64,000 bases of DNA from NCBI GenBank assembly GCA_038496445.1, contig JALMLS010000483.1:1-64000 (forward strand), in the 5' to 3' direction. Of the stretch, positions 14,004 to 25,577 are shown in pieces; the stretch's first letter is position 1, and each line of letters opens with the position of its first letter. This DNA comes from Trichosphaerium sp. ATCC 40318. Its lineage: Eukaryota; Protista; Tubulinea. The notes beneath the pieces are model-generated. The model saw only the letters and a list, made by a program, of their open reading frames with translations. It was not told where the DNA came from and ran no database searches. The position numbers and the translations under genes are program-made.

Positions 14004-14529
14004 AGTAGAGATGATAACGACTATTGATGTTTGACGTTTGTTTTGAACGCTCTTCCACATCAGTAGATTTGACGATTTTTTTCCCTCACTTCTTGTGTAC
14101 CAAACACATTTTTTTGTACAATATTGTTGTAAAATAGCCAGTGTACTTTTTATTTTTGTAGATAAAAGTGCTACAATAGTAATAAAAGAAAACTATCTTT
14201 TGATATTGAGATAAGCGTTACTTCTCTAACAAAACTTCCGTAACAGAGAAGATCTTGCAGCCTACCCACTAATGAGAAGCGTAATTCACACATAGCATTG
14301 TAGGTGTAGAACAAGTGCAATAGGCCATTACTTTAGGTAAAGCTATGCAGTTTGATATGAAGATGAGGATCAATCAATACATCAGGAATTTTTTATGGAT
14401 TGTGGCATACAAACTGTTTTTCTTTCTTACTGTCCAGAGTAAACCGTTGCAATAAAGTGACTGTTTATAATTGCATTGACTACATAAAGCCATAGCACGA
14501 AGGTTGGTGCATCATGGATTTGGCGTACA

Positions 14530-14919
14530 ATGGAAAACGAATTGATGCGCGATTGTACGTACTATACACCCAAAAATGCTTAATGCAACCCTAGAGTAAA
14601 CTCTATAGCAGGTTCAATAGATACTAAGGTTGTTGCTTTGAAAGCAGTTAGTCATACGCTGATAGAAGCATACGCAGAAGTAAATACACGCAATGAGTAC
14701 CTGGAATCCCGCGTTGAAGAACAAGATGGGAATATCAATACTCTTACAGAGCAATTGAGCACAAAAACAGAGCATATAAACGCTCTTAACCGCGAATTGA
14801 GTGAAAAAACGGAAGAAATCGAAAAATTACGTTCAATAGCCGCTCTTGCACATAAATTGGTTGAAAACAATACCAATAGAAACGAAATAGTAGCTTCTTT
14901 AACAGAACTGTTGCAATGA
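14530..14919 (+). CDS. Small two-exon coiled-coil protein
   Basis: MENELMRD, then a gtacgt intron joining a heptad-rich ORF that ends LTELLQ*. Confidence 0.5.
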
Positions 14920-15340
14920 ATACAAGTTGAACGTAAAATTCTGTGTAGAAAATAGTTGACTTAAAATACGCGCTCCTACGCAACCTAGGGGCTTATAAGC
15001 TGTCTAAGTATTCGTTAATGCTTGCTTGATGAGTGAAGAATCCATTAAAATGTCTGAAGCCAACAAATACGCTTGTTTGGCCAAAAAATCACGATATCCG
15101 TGTAATTGGTTGTATACGCACTATATTATGGTAACATTGCTTTTTTGAGCAACAAAGAGCACTGTGAGTGCGTTTGTTGCATTTATCCTCTTTGTCGGTT
15201 TTAAAACTAAGCTGCTGTACGTAATAGAATTGCAAGTAGCGCAGAAGAATGTGTCAAACATAAACCACAACTTTTTTTCCTTTATGGCGCCAGCGTATAA
15301 AATTCAAACCAGATTTTATCATTTTTATTAGTAACTGTTG

Positions 15341-15503
15341 AAGTGGTAACATTACGTTGTTGCATTGTTAACTCCGGTACGAGATGCTGTAAGTACGAGA
15401 TTATGGATAAGTGTAACGATCTATGGAGACTACCCTCTGAGTAGGCTCGTTTCTTTATCTCAGAACGGGTAGTGCGAACTCAGACATCGAGTCTTCACCA
15501 CTT
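15341..15503 (+). ncRNA. Candidate structured ncRNA, copy 1 (family unknown)
   Basis: Diverged direct repeat of 17340-17508. Terminal stem AAGTGG/CCACTT; internal stems TGGAGAC/GTCTTCA and ACTACCC-TCTGAG/CTCAGA-GGGTAGT. No shared reading frame. Confidence 0.5.
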
Positions 15504-15710
15504 CTGTTTTGTTTACAATGTCAAGTAGAAGCAGTGCAACAAAAAAAAAGAGCGCAAGAGGCTGATATCTTGTTTATTCTTGTGATATGGTTTATTCTCC
15601 AATGTTGTGTACAACACATGGAGTCACATTAGCTGATTTAGCGGTGAATACAGATCCACATGAAGGTGTTTTTACACTTTGCATTTGCCTTGAAAACGGT
15701 TTTAAGTTAA

Positions 15711-16665
15711 TCATGCTTTGCATACTTTGTCTTTTTCATTCATAGTTATCCACACACTTGCAAATCCTCCATCTCCGGGTATACCTACTATTTGTGCTTT
15801 TGTATGAGGTCTGTCTTCAGGATCCTTATTAAACATACGATGAAAAGAACTGCTCCATCCTTGAAGAGTAGATACTTTAGAATCGTAAGAAGGTTCTTCA
15901 AGAATCCAAGGAAATAGCTCTCTATAGGAAGAATAAAACTGTTTCCCTTTGTCTACCATGGCTTGATTGTATGAACTGAAAACAAGACAACCGAGAGGTG
16001 TACCTCTATGACCACCAAATATATCTAAGCACTCTTTATCTTGTATGTCTGATGTCTTAAGATCATCAGTTGCATTACATATCACAGTTATTTCAGTGAA
16101 ACTCTTCTGTGGACTGCCTGTTCCTTTCATCTTTCTTCTCGTTCTTCTTGCTTTGTTATTCAACTTACTTGATTCCCTGAGATAAGATCCCCATTCTGTC
16201 AGACATGACTGATCACATGCTAATACAGACAACTCCTTATTGCTTTGTAGAACAGAAATAATTGATTCTAGAGTTATTACACGTTTATTATCGCTGTATT
16301 TGTCTACTATGTTCTTATTCATCTTGGTGGTATCAACACCCACGTTGTGGAGGTGGAAATAGTCGAGTACAATATCGCACAGTGACGGAAAGTTAGAAGC
16401 GGCTATTTTTTGTATGTAGCACGCTTGGTTTATCTGTTTCAGGCGAGATATCAGTTTTACGCCGTTTTTGAACTCTTCGCTTCCTTGTTCGTCATTCGCA
16501 GTAGCGACAACCCAGAATTGCGGCCTCGCAACGTAATACATCAAGACATTCTCTTTAAAAGTTCTGAAATTTTTGGTAAACGATCACTGAATACAAGGTG
16601 TCCAGTACAGAAACATGCAATTTGTTGAGGAATAGGTTTAGATAGCAAAAACTACAACTGTTCCA
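15711..16665 (-). pseudogene. Intronless unknown ORF (277 aa open part) with an apparently disrupted 5' extension
   Basis: ORF 15711-16544. Upstream sequence reads MEQL*FLLSKPIPQQIACFCTGHLVFSDRLPKISELL and joins the ORF only through a frameshift. Confidence 0.45.
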
Positions 16666-17339
16666 TACTCAATATTGGAGTTTTTTTATGATGTATGACG
16701 AAGGGGAAGCATCGCTTTTGAGATAGTTAGAAATTCCGAAAAGTTTGTGTTGAAAAAAAGTACTTTGACTGTCGGTACTTCTCCTCGGCACACCATGAAC
16801 GAATCGCAAAATGGTTTTAGAGTATAAGTATAGAATACTAGCTACATATTCTAAATCTATCAATTGAAGGTTAAGATGTGAGAAAAAACGTCTCAAAGAT
16901 TCTCGAAATCCCATAAATATCAACAATCAAAAATTTCAGTAATTTTCTTGAAACTGTCTCAAAAGCGATGCTGCCCCGAATTTTTGTGTTGATGAGTTTC
17001 ATCTACTGGAAAGTGATATCGTAGTGCATTACAAGTGTTGGCGTACTATGAAGGTATTGGGCATATCACTAATCTGTAACCGAGGCTTTTATGCCAAAAG
17101 TGGTTGAATACGTATTAAGGCTACGGTTTATGCTGTAATATTGCCTTTAATCGTGCAACAACACGCAATGGCGCTATGTGTACAAATTATAACCTGGACT
17201 TCGATAAAACTACGTTTTAGCGTCTGACACAAGTCGCCTTTAGCTAATACAGTAAGATGAAACGCGAACCACAATTTTTTTTTCTTTCAATTGCAAACAT
17301 TTAAATTCAAACCGGCTTAACTTTTCCTTTAGAGTGTTT

Positions 17340-17508
17340 AAGTGGTAACATTACGTTGTTGCATTGTTAACTTCGGTGCGAGATACTGTAAGTACTAGAT
17401 CACCGGATAGGTGCGCAATCTATGGAGACTCCCTCTGAGTAGGCTCGTTTCTTTATCACAGAACGGGTAGTACGGACGAAGAATTAGCGCGGTCTCCACC
17501 ACTTTTTT
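17340..17508 (+). ncRNA. Candidate structured ncRNA, copy 2, ending in a T-run
   Basis: Same stems as copy 1 (TGGAGAC/GTCTCCA; TAGAT-CACC/GGTG-ATCTA), followed by TTTTTT. Upstream AACCACAA and AAATTCAAACC are shared with copy 1. Confidence 0.55.
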
Positions 17509-17611
17509 GTTGCGAAAACCAAGCCTGAGATACTTTATGAATGTGAATCCTCAGTTCCATACAACACAAGTTGTGACGAGAAATTGTACTTAGAATAAAC
17601 TTACAACTATT

Positions 17612-17870
17612 ACCGTTCAAAATAATCCAACAATCTTCGTCTGTTTGTGCTTCTTAACCTCTTCCTTAGTGATTGGACCTCTCCTTACGCCTAAAAACGC
17701 TTTTTATATCGAACAGGCTTTAAACAGTGCGAAGTGTCTCAATACCTGTCATATTATTCTCTTTGGATATTAAACGCATCCATTGCGCTAATCCCTTGCC
17801 TTTTGCCAAAGGTACTTTCATTCTCGTTCCATCTATGCGTTTTTTGTTCTCCTCAGGCCATTGAGTTGCT
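17612..17870 (-). pseudogene. Truncated, frameshifted cytochrome b5-domain gene fragment (CYB5R4/Irc21-type N-terminus)
   Basis: RMKVPLAKGKGLAQWMRL..MTG|intron|VRRGPITKEEVKKH, frameshift, then DEDCWIILNG. I see no downstream HPGG exon. Confidence 0.7.
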
Positions 17871-18170
17871 GGTTACGTATTACTCTTAACAACAGTGAGT
17901 ACAAGTGATGTTCAAGGGATATAAAATGTAAGGTCAGACAAGAGTCCTCCGCTTTAATTTAGAACAGAGTCTTGTGTAGGCTGTTGACTACTCGCGCATA
18001 AGTCACATGTTGTTAACAGTTTAAGAAGGCTCTGCCATAAAGTAACTGCTGGCTTTGCAACAAAAGGGTGTGTACTAAAATGTCGAAAAAAAAGCCGAAA
18101 AAATGTCAAAGTGATATTGAACTGTTCGCCACAAAGGGAGACAACTGGGTTATGGCGCTCAGTCGCCGCT

Positions 18171-18220
18171 AGGCTCTGCCCCCCCAAACCCCCCTGAAAG
18201 GGGGCTTTCTAAATAGTTCC
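18171..18220 (+). other. Isolated GC-rich hairpin (CCCCCTGAAAGGGGG), possible rolling-circle element terminus
   Basis: GGCTCTGCCCCCCCAAACCCCCTGAAAGGGGGCTTTCTAAATAG in otherwise AT-rich DNA. Confidence 0.35.
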
Positions 18221-18536
18221 TATGGCATAATATAGGATAGTTAGTGTGCCAAATTTTCGACTTTTTTTTGACAAAGTTCTACATATTTGGGTTTCCCAAC
18301 AAAAGAAAACACGTGGAACCAAGAACCAGCAATGGTGTTAACTTACTAAACCAATCACGTGCTGCATTTATAAGGATGTATGTACTTGCATCCACAGAGA
18401 ATTAGCTAACACAGTACCGTATAGAATGTGTCAGCTATTGGTGCGTCTACCAAGGCAAAGAGTTGGAAAAAAGGCGAATATTCTAGTCAGTGAAACATAA
18501 AATTATCAGTTTTCTATTCTTGCCAATTAACACAAA

Positions 18537-20140
18537 ATGGGTAACACACAAGCAACTGCAGGTCCAGAACCTACCGTAAACGCGACTGAAGATCCCTCAG
18601 TAGGCTATGCAAGGTCTCTTCTGTCAAAAGGTACTAGATGTATTTTGCGCTATTTATTCTAAACTGCTCCAGAATGCTTTATTTATGGCGAAGACGCTAT
18701 AAAAGAACATAACATGGAATATAATTCCAAACCATCTCTAGCAGACAAAGTACGCTTCTATTTAAAGACTTATACTCACAAACCGCTTATTAAGGAGTTT
18801 TGCCCCGAAGTGCAAGAGGTGCTATCCGAAATACAAACGGGTTTTCTTAACGTACCAGATAAGTTTTATATGACTGGTAACCTTACAACTAAAGCACAAG
18901 ACATTACAATGAGAGTACTAAATAACGCTGGTAAGTGACATGTTAAGTAGCACAGTGGTATAACGCTTCATTGTAGAACAGAATACGTTTACAACTGTAT
19001 CAGGGGCTTTAACAGAGACATGTATTAAACAATTAATAGCATGCGCCAAACGTGCTGAAATTGCTCACCTCGGCGTTGGATCACAAGTCGATTTGACTAA
19101 AAGAAAGACATGGGCAATTCCTGCCAAGGATATAGAGTTATCACATGATCTCCAAAATTTCGATAGAGGTCAACTCGATTATATCAATAGAGAGCTTGTA
19201 CAAAGCTCAAAGGGTCTAAGTGTTCAGTAAGTAGTTAACTCAGTTATAAAGGAAACTCTAACATCGTCTTTAAAGGCCCTACAAGCTCTTGATTTACGAG
19301 CCAGGTGATTTTTTTGTTGAGCATGTTGATTCGCAATATAGTACAGAACAGATAGGCACTATAACACTGCAGTTTCCCACTGCTTTTACTGGTGGTGAGA
19401 TTATACTTTCTGGCGGTAGTAGTGTTGTCGACCCATCAAAGCATAACGGATTAATGTCTTATATAACTTGGCTATCATGTGTTCCTCATAATGTACAGCC
19501 TTTAAAAACTGGTTACCGTGTTGTTTCTTTTGTATACTTTTTTTTCCTTTATTTTTCTGATTTTTGTGTATAGTATTAAGTCACTTGAGAATGAGTCTGG
19601 CCCGCTTCTACATGGACGAGATGCTATTATTTATCAACTTATTAAAAAAGCCAAAGGATTCTCAGTTACTGCAACGCCTATTACTACTAGGGTGTTATCA
19701 GCATCCGATATTTGGGAAAACTACATTAGCAAATATCAAGTAAGAAAAAAAAAACCCCACTATTTGTGCACTACAAGTTTTAATCTCATTTCTAATTTAA
19801 TTCCCTTTGGTTTCTATGCTTATGTTTGTTTTTAATCAAGAAAGAATGCTGGATAGGTGATTATTCTTGTGACTATCAGGAATATCCTCTTATGAAAGTC
19901 CCTTTGGAGCAAAATGTAGTTGTGTTGCAAGCATTCGCTGAACCTTTAAAAGAAGAGTGGCATCAGGGGATTAGTGAATCTTTCTTTGGTGATGCAAAAT
20001 GTGTGGGCCATTCTACTTACGGAAATGGAGACTGTGGTATGTACATTAACCAATCCAAAGTTGTACAACTTACAAAAAGTACTCTAGGAAACTACTATTA
20101 CTACAGATACAGTGCACTTTGTGTACGTTTTTCAGAATGA
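18537..20140 (+). CDS. 2OG-Fe(II) dioxygenase (prolyl-hydroxylase-like fold) with N-myristoylation-like start
   Basis: MGNTQAT start. LYKLLIYEPGDFFVEHVD (HxD), FTGGEI, VPHNVQPLKTGYRV (His and Arg ligands). Multi-exon. Confidence 0.85.
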
Positions 20141-21479
20141 ACAAGAAGAAGGACCGGACTCCTAGTGTTTAATAGGCAGGACCAATACAAAATGATCTTG
20201 AAAGAACGACAGTTTGGTACAATATTCTGCGTATCACACCATACTATTGATGATTTGAAAATAAACTGTATCATAGAATCTTCAAGAATAAACATATTCG
20301 CACTATTTTTCTCTCATTAACCTTGTCTACGCAGTGAAAACATTACTAGGATGTTTCTGTATCATGTCAGATTCCTTATTATTAACACTAGCGTCTTATG
20401 CTTTTGTATCTTGTGTATATAAGAGGCATTCTTACCATTGTCGGAGAATAGATAACCCGTATGCAACACGTGTTGTTGGGTTGTAAAATACAGCCTTGCT
20501 CACTGTTGTACTGTATATTTTGAACGTTTTGTCTACAAATACGTCTCACATGCAACTAAAGTTGGGATAGTGTAAACGTACTTAGGCAGTTAAGGCACCT
20601 TTTGTTTGTTTGTTTGGTTTATTCGATTGTCTAAAAAATCCCGTTACGCGTTACATTATAGTACAACACAAGCCTATGGCTTGGGATCTGCCCTGATAAC
20701 CCTTTTGAAACAGAATTCGCTTCGTCAACTCAGTGCAATAAATTTTCAAAACTCCTGAAACTGTGCTAGCTACCGGACAGTTTCTTTATTACGGATTCTC
20801 CTGCTTTACAAGACAATCTCATGAGAATTATGAGGCTAAAATCGATTGGGAAGACCGATCAGCCTCCCGTCTCATCTAGAATTTGGGCGTATTTTTTATT
20901 CAAAAGCATGTGTTTTCGTGCTGTGCAATTTATGGTGCTATCAAGAAAATTGTGTATGCACTATTTCAGCTTATTGCACGTCAAAGGGAGGCCAATGTTT
21001 GCAACTTTGGTGAATTAAAACTGTACCTGCAAAGCTGAGACAGTTCTCCGCGCTTAGTTTACGCTAAGAGCAGGAACTCGTTAAATGACTATCGTCACAT
21101 AGCGAAAAGACTAGTGCTAGTCAATACGACCTTAGGGCACATTTTTGTTGCGTATAAAGGCGTTCTTTGTCTTGCCTGAGCAATCTCATTTTAGATTTTT
21201 CAGTTCCTTTCCGTGTATGTATTTGAGGTGATGGTTGACGTGGCTATTATGTAAGTACGTGTAGGTGACTTGTTCATTAAATATGGCCGATAATGCTTCA
21301 TGTACGGCCTTGCGGCCATATTGTGATTCATACACTACTATACACGTACACCTGTCTATACAATAAGTAGCTGCAGGAAACAAGACAGCAGGAGCAAACT
21401 ATAGATTTAGAAACTCTTTCCTTTTTTAGTTCCCTTTTACCTCTTTTGAATCTCTAAAAACACCCAACTCATATCTCGA

Positions 21480-21986
21480 ATGCAACTTCTCCACATACTT
21501 TTCCTAGCATCTATATGCTTATGCTATGCTCAATGGAGACCTTACAGATCTTCTTCGTATTCAAACAATGACTACAACCCTCATAGACCAGGAGCAAGGA
21601 CATACTACCAATACGACGCTGTCAATACATTTTTGGGACAACCTCGCGACCTCAGAGATACAGAGTGCGAAGAAGACTACGAAAGGCCTAGATACTACCA
21701 ACACGTCATGAAAGCTAGCTGTACAACCAAAGGTAGAGGATTTAGCAGACCATGCGCAGCTTGCCGAAGAGGTTACGACGTTGTTGACATGAGGTTCGGT
21801 GGTTGCGATCAGCATACTGTTGATTGTCATCCAACCCATGATTTGGACGTTAAGGCTCGTTATGGAGTTCCATACATTGTTCTTAACAGAGGAGAAGATT
21901 GCGCTGTTAACATTTGGTATAACTGCAGAAGAAGCGACACTGGTAGAAGTGGTTCAGGTTCTTCCTCAGGTGGTGGTGGACACTAG
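21480..21986 (+). CDS. Secreted Cys/Tyr/Arg-rich protein with Gly/Ser tail, intronless
   Basis: Signal peptide MQLLHILFLASICLCYA, multiple Cys, AATAAA downstream. Confidence 0.75.
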   Translation: MQLLHILFLASICLCYAQWRPYRSSSYSNNDYNPHRPGARTYYQYDAVNTFLGQPRDLRDTECEEDYERPRYYQHVMKASCTTKGRGFSRPCAACRRGYDVVDMRFGGCDQHTVDCHPTHDLDVKARYGVPYIVLNRGEDCAVNIWYNCRRSDTGRSGSGSSSGGGGH

Positions 21987-24245
21987 ATTTTTTATCTTTA
22001 TCACTTGTCTATTCACGCCAATAAAATATTTGTTATCAAGGCTAGTGTTAAAACGTTTAAAGTACTGTTCAATTGTTTTTTTATCTTAGTGCTGTGCTAT
22101 TAATACTTGTTTGTCGACTAAGGTTTGGTTGGTGCGGTGCGATTTTATACTGTACTATACTGCCTAGCGTTCGCGTGGCTAGTTGCTTTCAATGTCTTAG
22201 AGGCAGAAAGAAATATAATATTTCTCTTGTAAAGCCTTAGCCTGTTTGCCTTCTTGTGGACCAAAAAACCCTTTGGCGGCGTCTCGTCGAAACAAACCCA
22301 AAAAGCGGAACTTTTTTTTTAAAGTAATAGTTTTTTTACAAAAACCGAAAATGTACATAAACATTCACGTTTTTTTGTGTTAACTTGAATTATTCAGTTT
22401 CGAATTTTATGCCTCTGCTTACTGCAATGGTCTTTTTTTTATTTGAGTAAGAACCTTTCGAGTACTTATTCAAAAACAAAAACAGTCAAATTTTTTTTTT
22501 TTGTTTTTTCAAGTCTTGCCTCGTTCTTTTCGCGAAGTATAAGAAAATTAAAGGCAACGCTAGTTGCGTTACTCCGAAGAGATTGTGCCTATATTTTTCC
22601 CAATTAAACAATAGACAATCTCGCGAAAAGGTAGAACCAGCTCAATTCTCCTTACCTGATATTGCAGTGTACAAAACAGGCGCTACTCAAAGATATAAGC
22701 GCAAACAGTACGTCTATTATTTTTTTCTATGTAGTGCGCAGTAACTTAGTACTAAAAATCACGTGCTGCCGCGAAAATTAGCTCAAAACAAGCGAACGTT
22801 TTTAATTTTGTTTTTGGTTTGGGTTTCGCTAAAACCTCGTGGACAGGTATTAGCGACACTCGCACGAAGATTGCCGCTGGCAAAACTGTTTAGAACAAAA
22901 AGAAACGTGCAGTTTTTTTCCAAAGTGTTTTATTTGAGTAATCCAATTATAGCGAGATATTGCTGCAAGTGCAGTATTACTAGACGTACGCTCACCTTAG
23001 TTATGGTGAGTGGCTCTAAAGAGACCTGGTGCGTTATTATCTATGTATAAAGCATACGTGCGCGCGACACAGCGTAATTTTGGAAGATAGATCTTTATCT
23101 TGGAAGTCTGAACAAAAACAGAAGTCTCAAACTGTGCGCTGACTGCTCTCGTTTTCCCATCACTAATAGTTTCTACGCTAGCACAATGTGATACTGGAGA
23201 ATTATGTTGCTTTCCTATTACAAAAATTAAAGTACGTTCCCTGTCAACGTCACGTGATATGCGTTTTAAACAGCGTATTATAAAACTAATTACGTTATTA
23301 GAAAAAAGAACAAAGGAAGCCAATAACTTGTTTGAAAATACTGCACTCGCCCAAAACAGACTTTTACCGGGATAGGATGAGATTACAAAAAAATAACTTG
23401 TTGACCGAATAATTGGCTGTAAAGTACGTTTTATGAACGTATTAACAAGGTACACTTTTTGAATTGGTATTTTTTTTTTCGCGTTTTGTTTTTACGAAAG
23501 TTTCTGCGTTTGTTCTCGCTATCCCGAGAACCAATAATTACATATTACGTTACCAATAATTAAAACAAACGTGAGGAGATTTTACCAGTTTTTTACTGTA
23601 ACCAAAACAAGGCAAAGGTCAACAAAACTGCAATTCTCTTTTGTTTTTTTTTTCTTTTGTTTGAGAATGTCCCGATTTGGTTTCCAGTTTTTTTCGTGAT
23701 GTATAAACAAATAATTAATCACGTGATAGTTTAAAAACGATTTCAAAGGTTTGAAGAGGAAAAGTCTCAATTCTATCGGAAAGTACTGGAACACTTGGGA
23801 AAACACTAACCTAGGCGCAAATGGCCATTGAATAACGGAATCATTCGAGTTTGTGCTTTAACAAAGTCGGGCAACGTTTATATTCACCAAAGCTCTGGTA
23901 CGCTATATATTTAAACTCCACTCGTAAAATGAGCGCGTTTAATAAAGTACTATCTATCTTACGACCACAAAATTTTTCAATCCTAGAAACGTACTGGTTT
24001 TTTTTTTTTTTTGAAAGTTTTCTTTTTGGACACAGAATTAAGACCTCAATGGGAAGTATTTTATAAAAAACACATAAAATACAGCCGGAATAAACGTATT
24101 TAATTTTGTTAATAATGTTTCACAAAAGGTTTCTGCTATCGTGCACTAACTAGCGTGAACGAAACGTCAAGAATATTCCAGAAAACAACATTAAAATAAA
24201 ACAAACACCAACAACACACCTCCTCCTCACAACAAAAGCACTATT

Positions 24246-24809
24246 ATGCGCGTATTACCTCTATTATTATTGGCTCTCTATGTATCAGTATCTCACGCAT
24301 GTAACGGCAATCCTGCAGGCATAATGCCCTTCTCAGCAAACAATGAATGTACAACAGGGATTCACGCTGATTCTCACAACCCAGCAGAAGGTAGACTCAA
24401 TTTTCCATCAGAGTGTCCTGGCGTTACTCCCCACACAAGAGCCCTTTGGAGTGGGTTCATAGTTCCACACAACGCCCCATACGCTGGTATAGCCACTCCC
24501 GATTCAGAGTTCATCGAGTATATGGATTGTGCTCCTGGTAGAGACAACCCACCCCAACCTTGGTTGGCGCGATGGGTATCACACCAAACAGTCGGTGCAC
24601 CTATCAGACATTTGGACCTTTACAAATGTATTGGAACATATCCTAATGTAGTTTGCGATAATTTTTGTACCGATTGCAATAGGCAGATGTTCTGGTACAT
24701 GGACAGAGGGACTTGCAAAGATTTCAATTTAAGCGGTAGTTGGTCTGGTATTACCTATGATTATGGTTACCCTCATGTCTGTACTGAATCTACTACACTG
24801 GCTTCTTAA
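24246..24809 (+). CDS. Secreted Cys-rich protein, intronless
   Basis: Signal peptide MRVLPLLLLALYVSVSHA; about 10 Cys in 187 aa. Confidence 0.78.
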   Translation: MRVLPLLLLALYVSVSHACNGNPAGIMPFSANNECTTGIHADSHNPAEGRLNFPSECPGVTPHTRALWSGFIVPHNAPYAGIATPDSEFIEYMDCAPGRDNPPQPWLARWVSHQTVGAPIRHLDLYKCIGTYPNVVCDNFCTDCNRQMFWYMDRGTCKDFNLSGSWSGITYDYGYPHVCTESTTLAS

Positions 24810-25577
24810 GCTGGTTTAAATGTATAATATAAAAAACCCAATTTTTCCAATACTAAATGCCGTATTATGTTGTTTTTTTCTTTTTTCTTGCGTCTATCTA
24901 TCCTTACTGACTTTTCTAAAGAATACTCTAAAAATGCCTCGAGTAAATCTGATTGGGAAGTTTGGTTTTTGTTTTATTTTTTTCGGCTTTTGGCTAGACT
25001 TCACATCAGCTTTTTATCACGTGACAAAAAGAATTTCAAGAGATACAATAGGCGAGCGTTTTTTTAATCTTTATGACTAAAAGTGGATTATACTGAACAA
25101 AAGACGTTGATGACGCTGTTAGCCTTTGTTTTTAAACCAATGAGACCTATTACAGTTCTATAAAAACCAAAACATAAAACTTCTAACAAAACCTCAAAAC
25201 AACTCCTCGAACGTAGTTATTCAATTTGTATATGGCCTTCAGGCGTTACAGTAGCGTTTGTGGGTTTTCCCAAATCATTCGTTTGTCGGGGTATCAACAC
25301 AAAGTGGCGTTCTATTAGAACTCATTCTTATGTCGTACACTATTATTGACAATACAAAACTGTTGATTTTTCCTATTAATTCGCTTGTTTTTCGTACTGA
25401 TTTCGAGACTTTTGACAGTGCTTCCATTTCCACAGTACTCGCTAATTGATGTACACGCGGAGCAAGTCAATGGTTGGAGTGAAAGAAACAACTTCGTTTT
25501 CTCAGCAAATTGGAAATGTTGAAAAGCGATTAAGTAACGTCCAGCATCATTTTTTTACGTTGGTTGTGGACAAAAAC

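Noticed and set aside
14241-14262. ACAGAGAAGAT resembling the U6 snRNA core
   Set aside because: The following TAGCATGGCCCCTGC and the rest of U6 are absent.
16690-17110. Plus-strand FCVDEFH Walker-B-like remnant
   Set aside because: Many stops and no Walker A; too degraded to assign.
15341-17508. Repeat pair as LTRs, CRISPR repeats, group I intron, hammerhead, riboswitch or telomerase RNA
   Set aside because: No TG..CA ends, PBS or pol gene. Only two long copies. The GAGACTA..TAGT resemblance to P7 lacks the rest of the group I core. No CUGANGA/GAAA core and no CCCTAA-type template.
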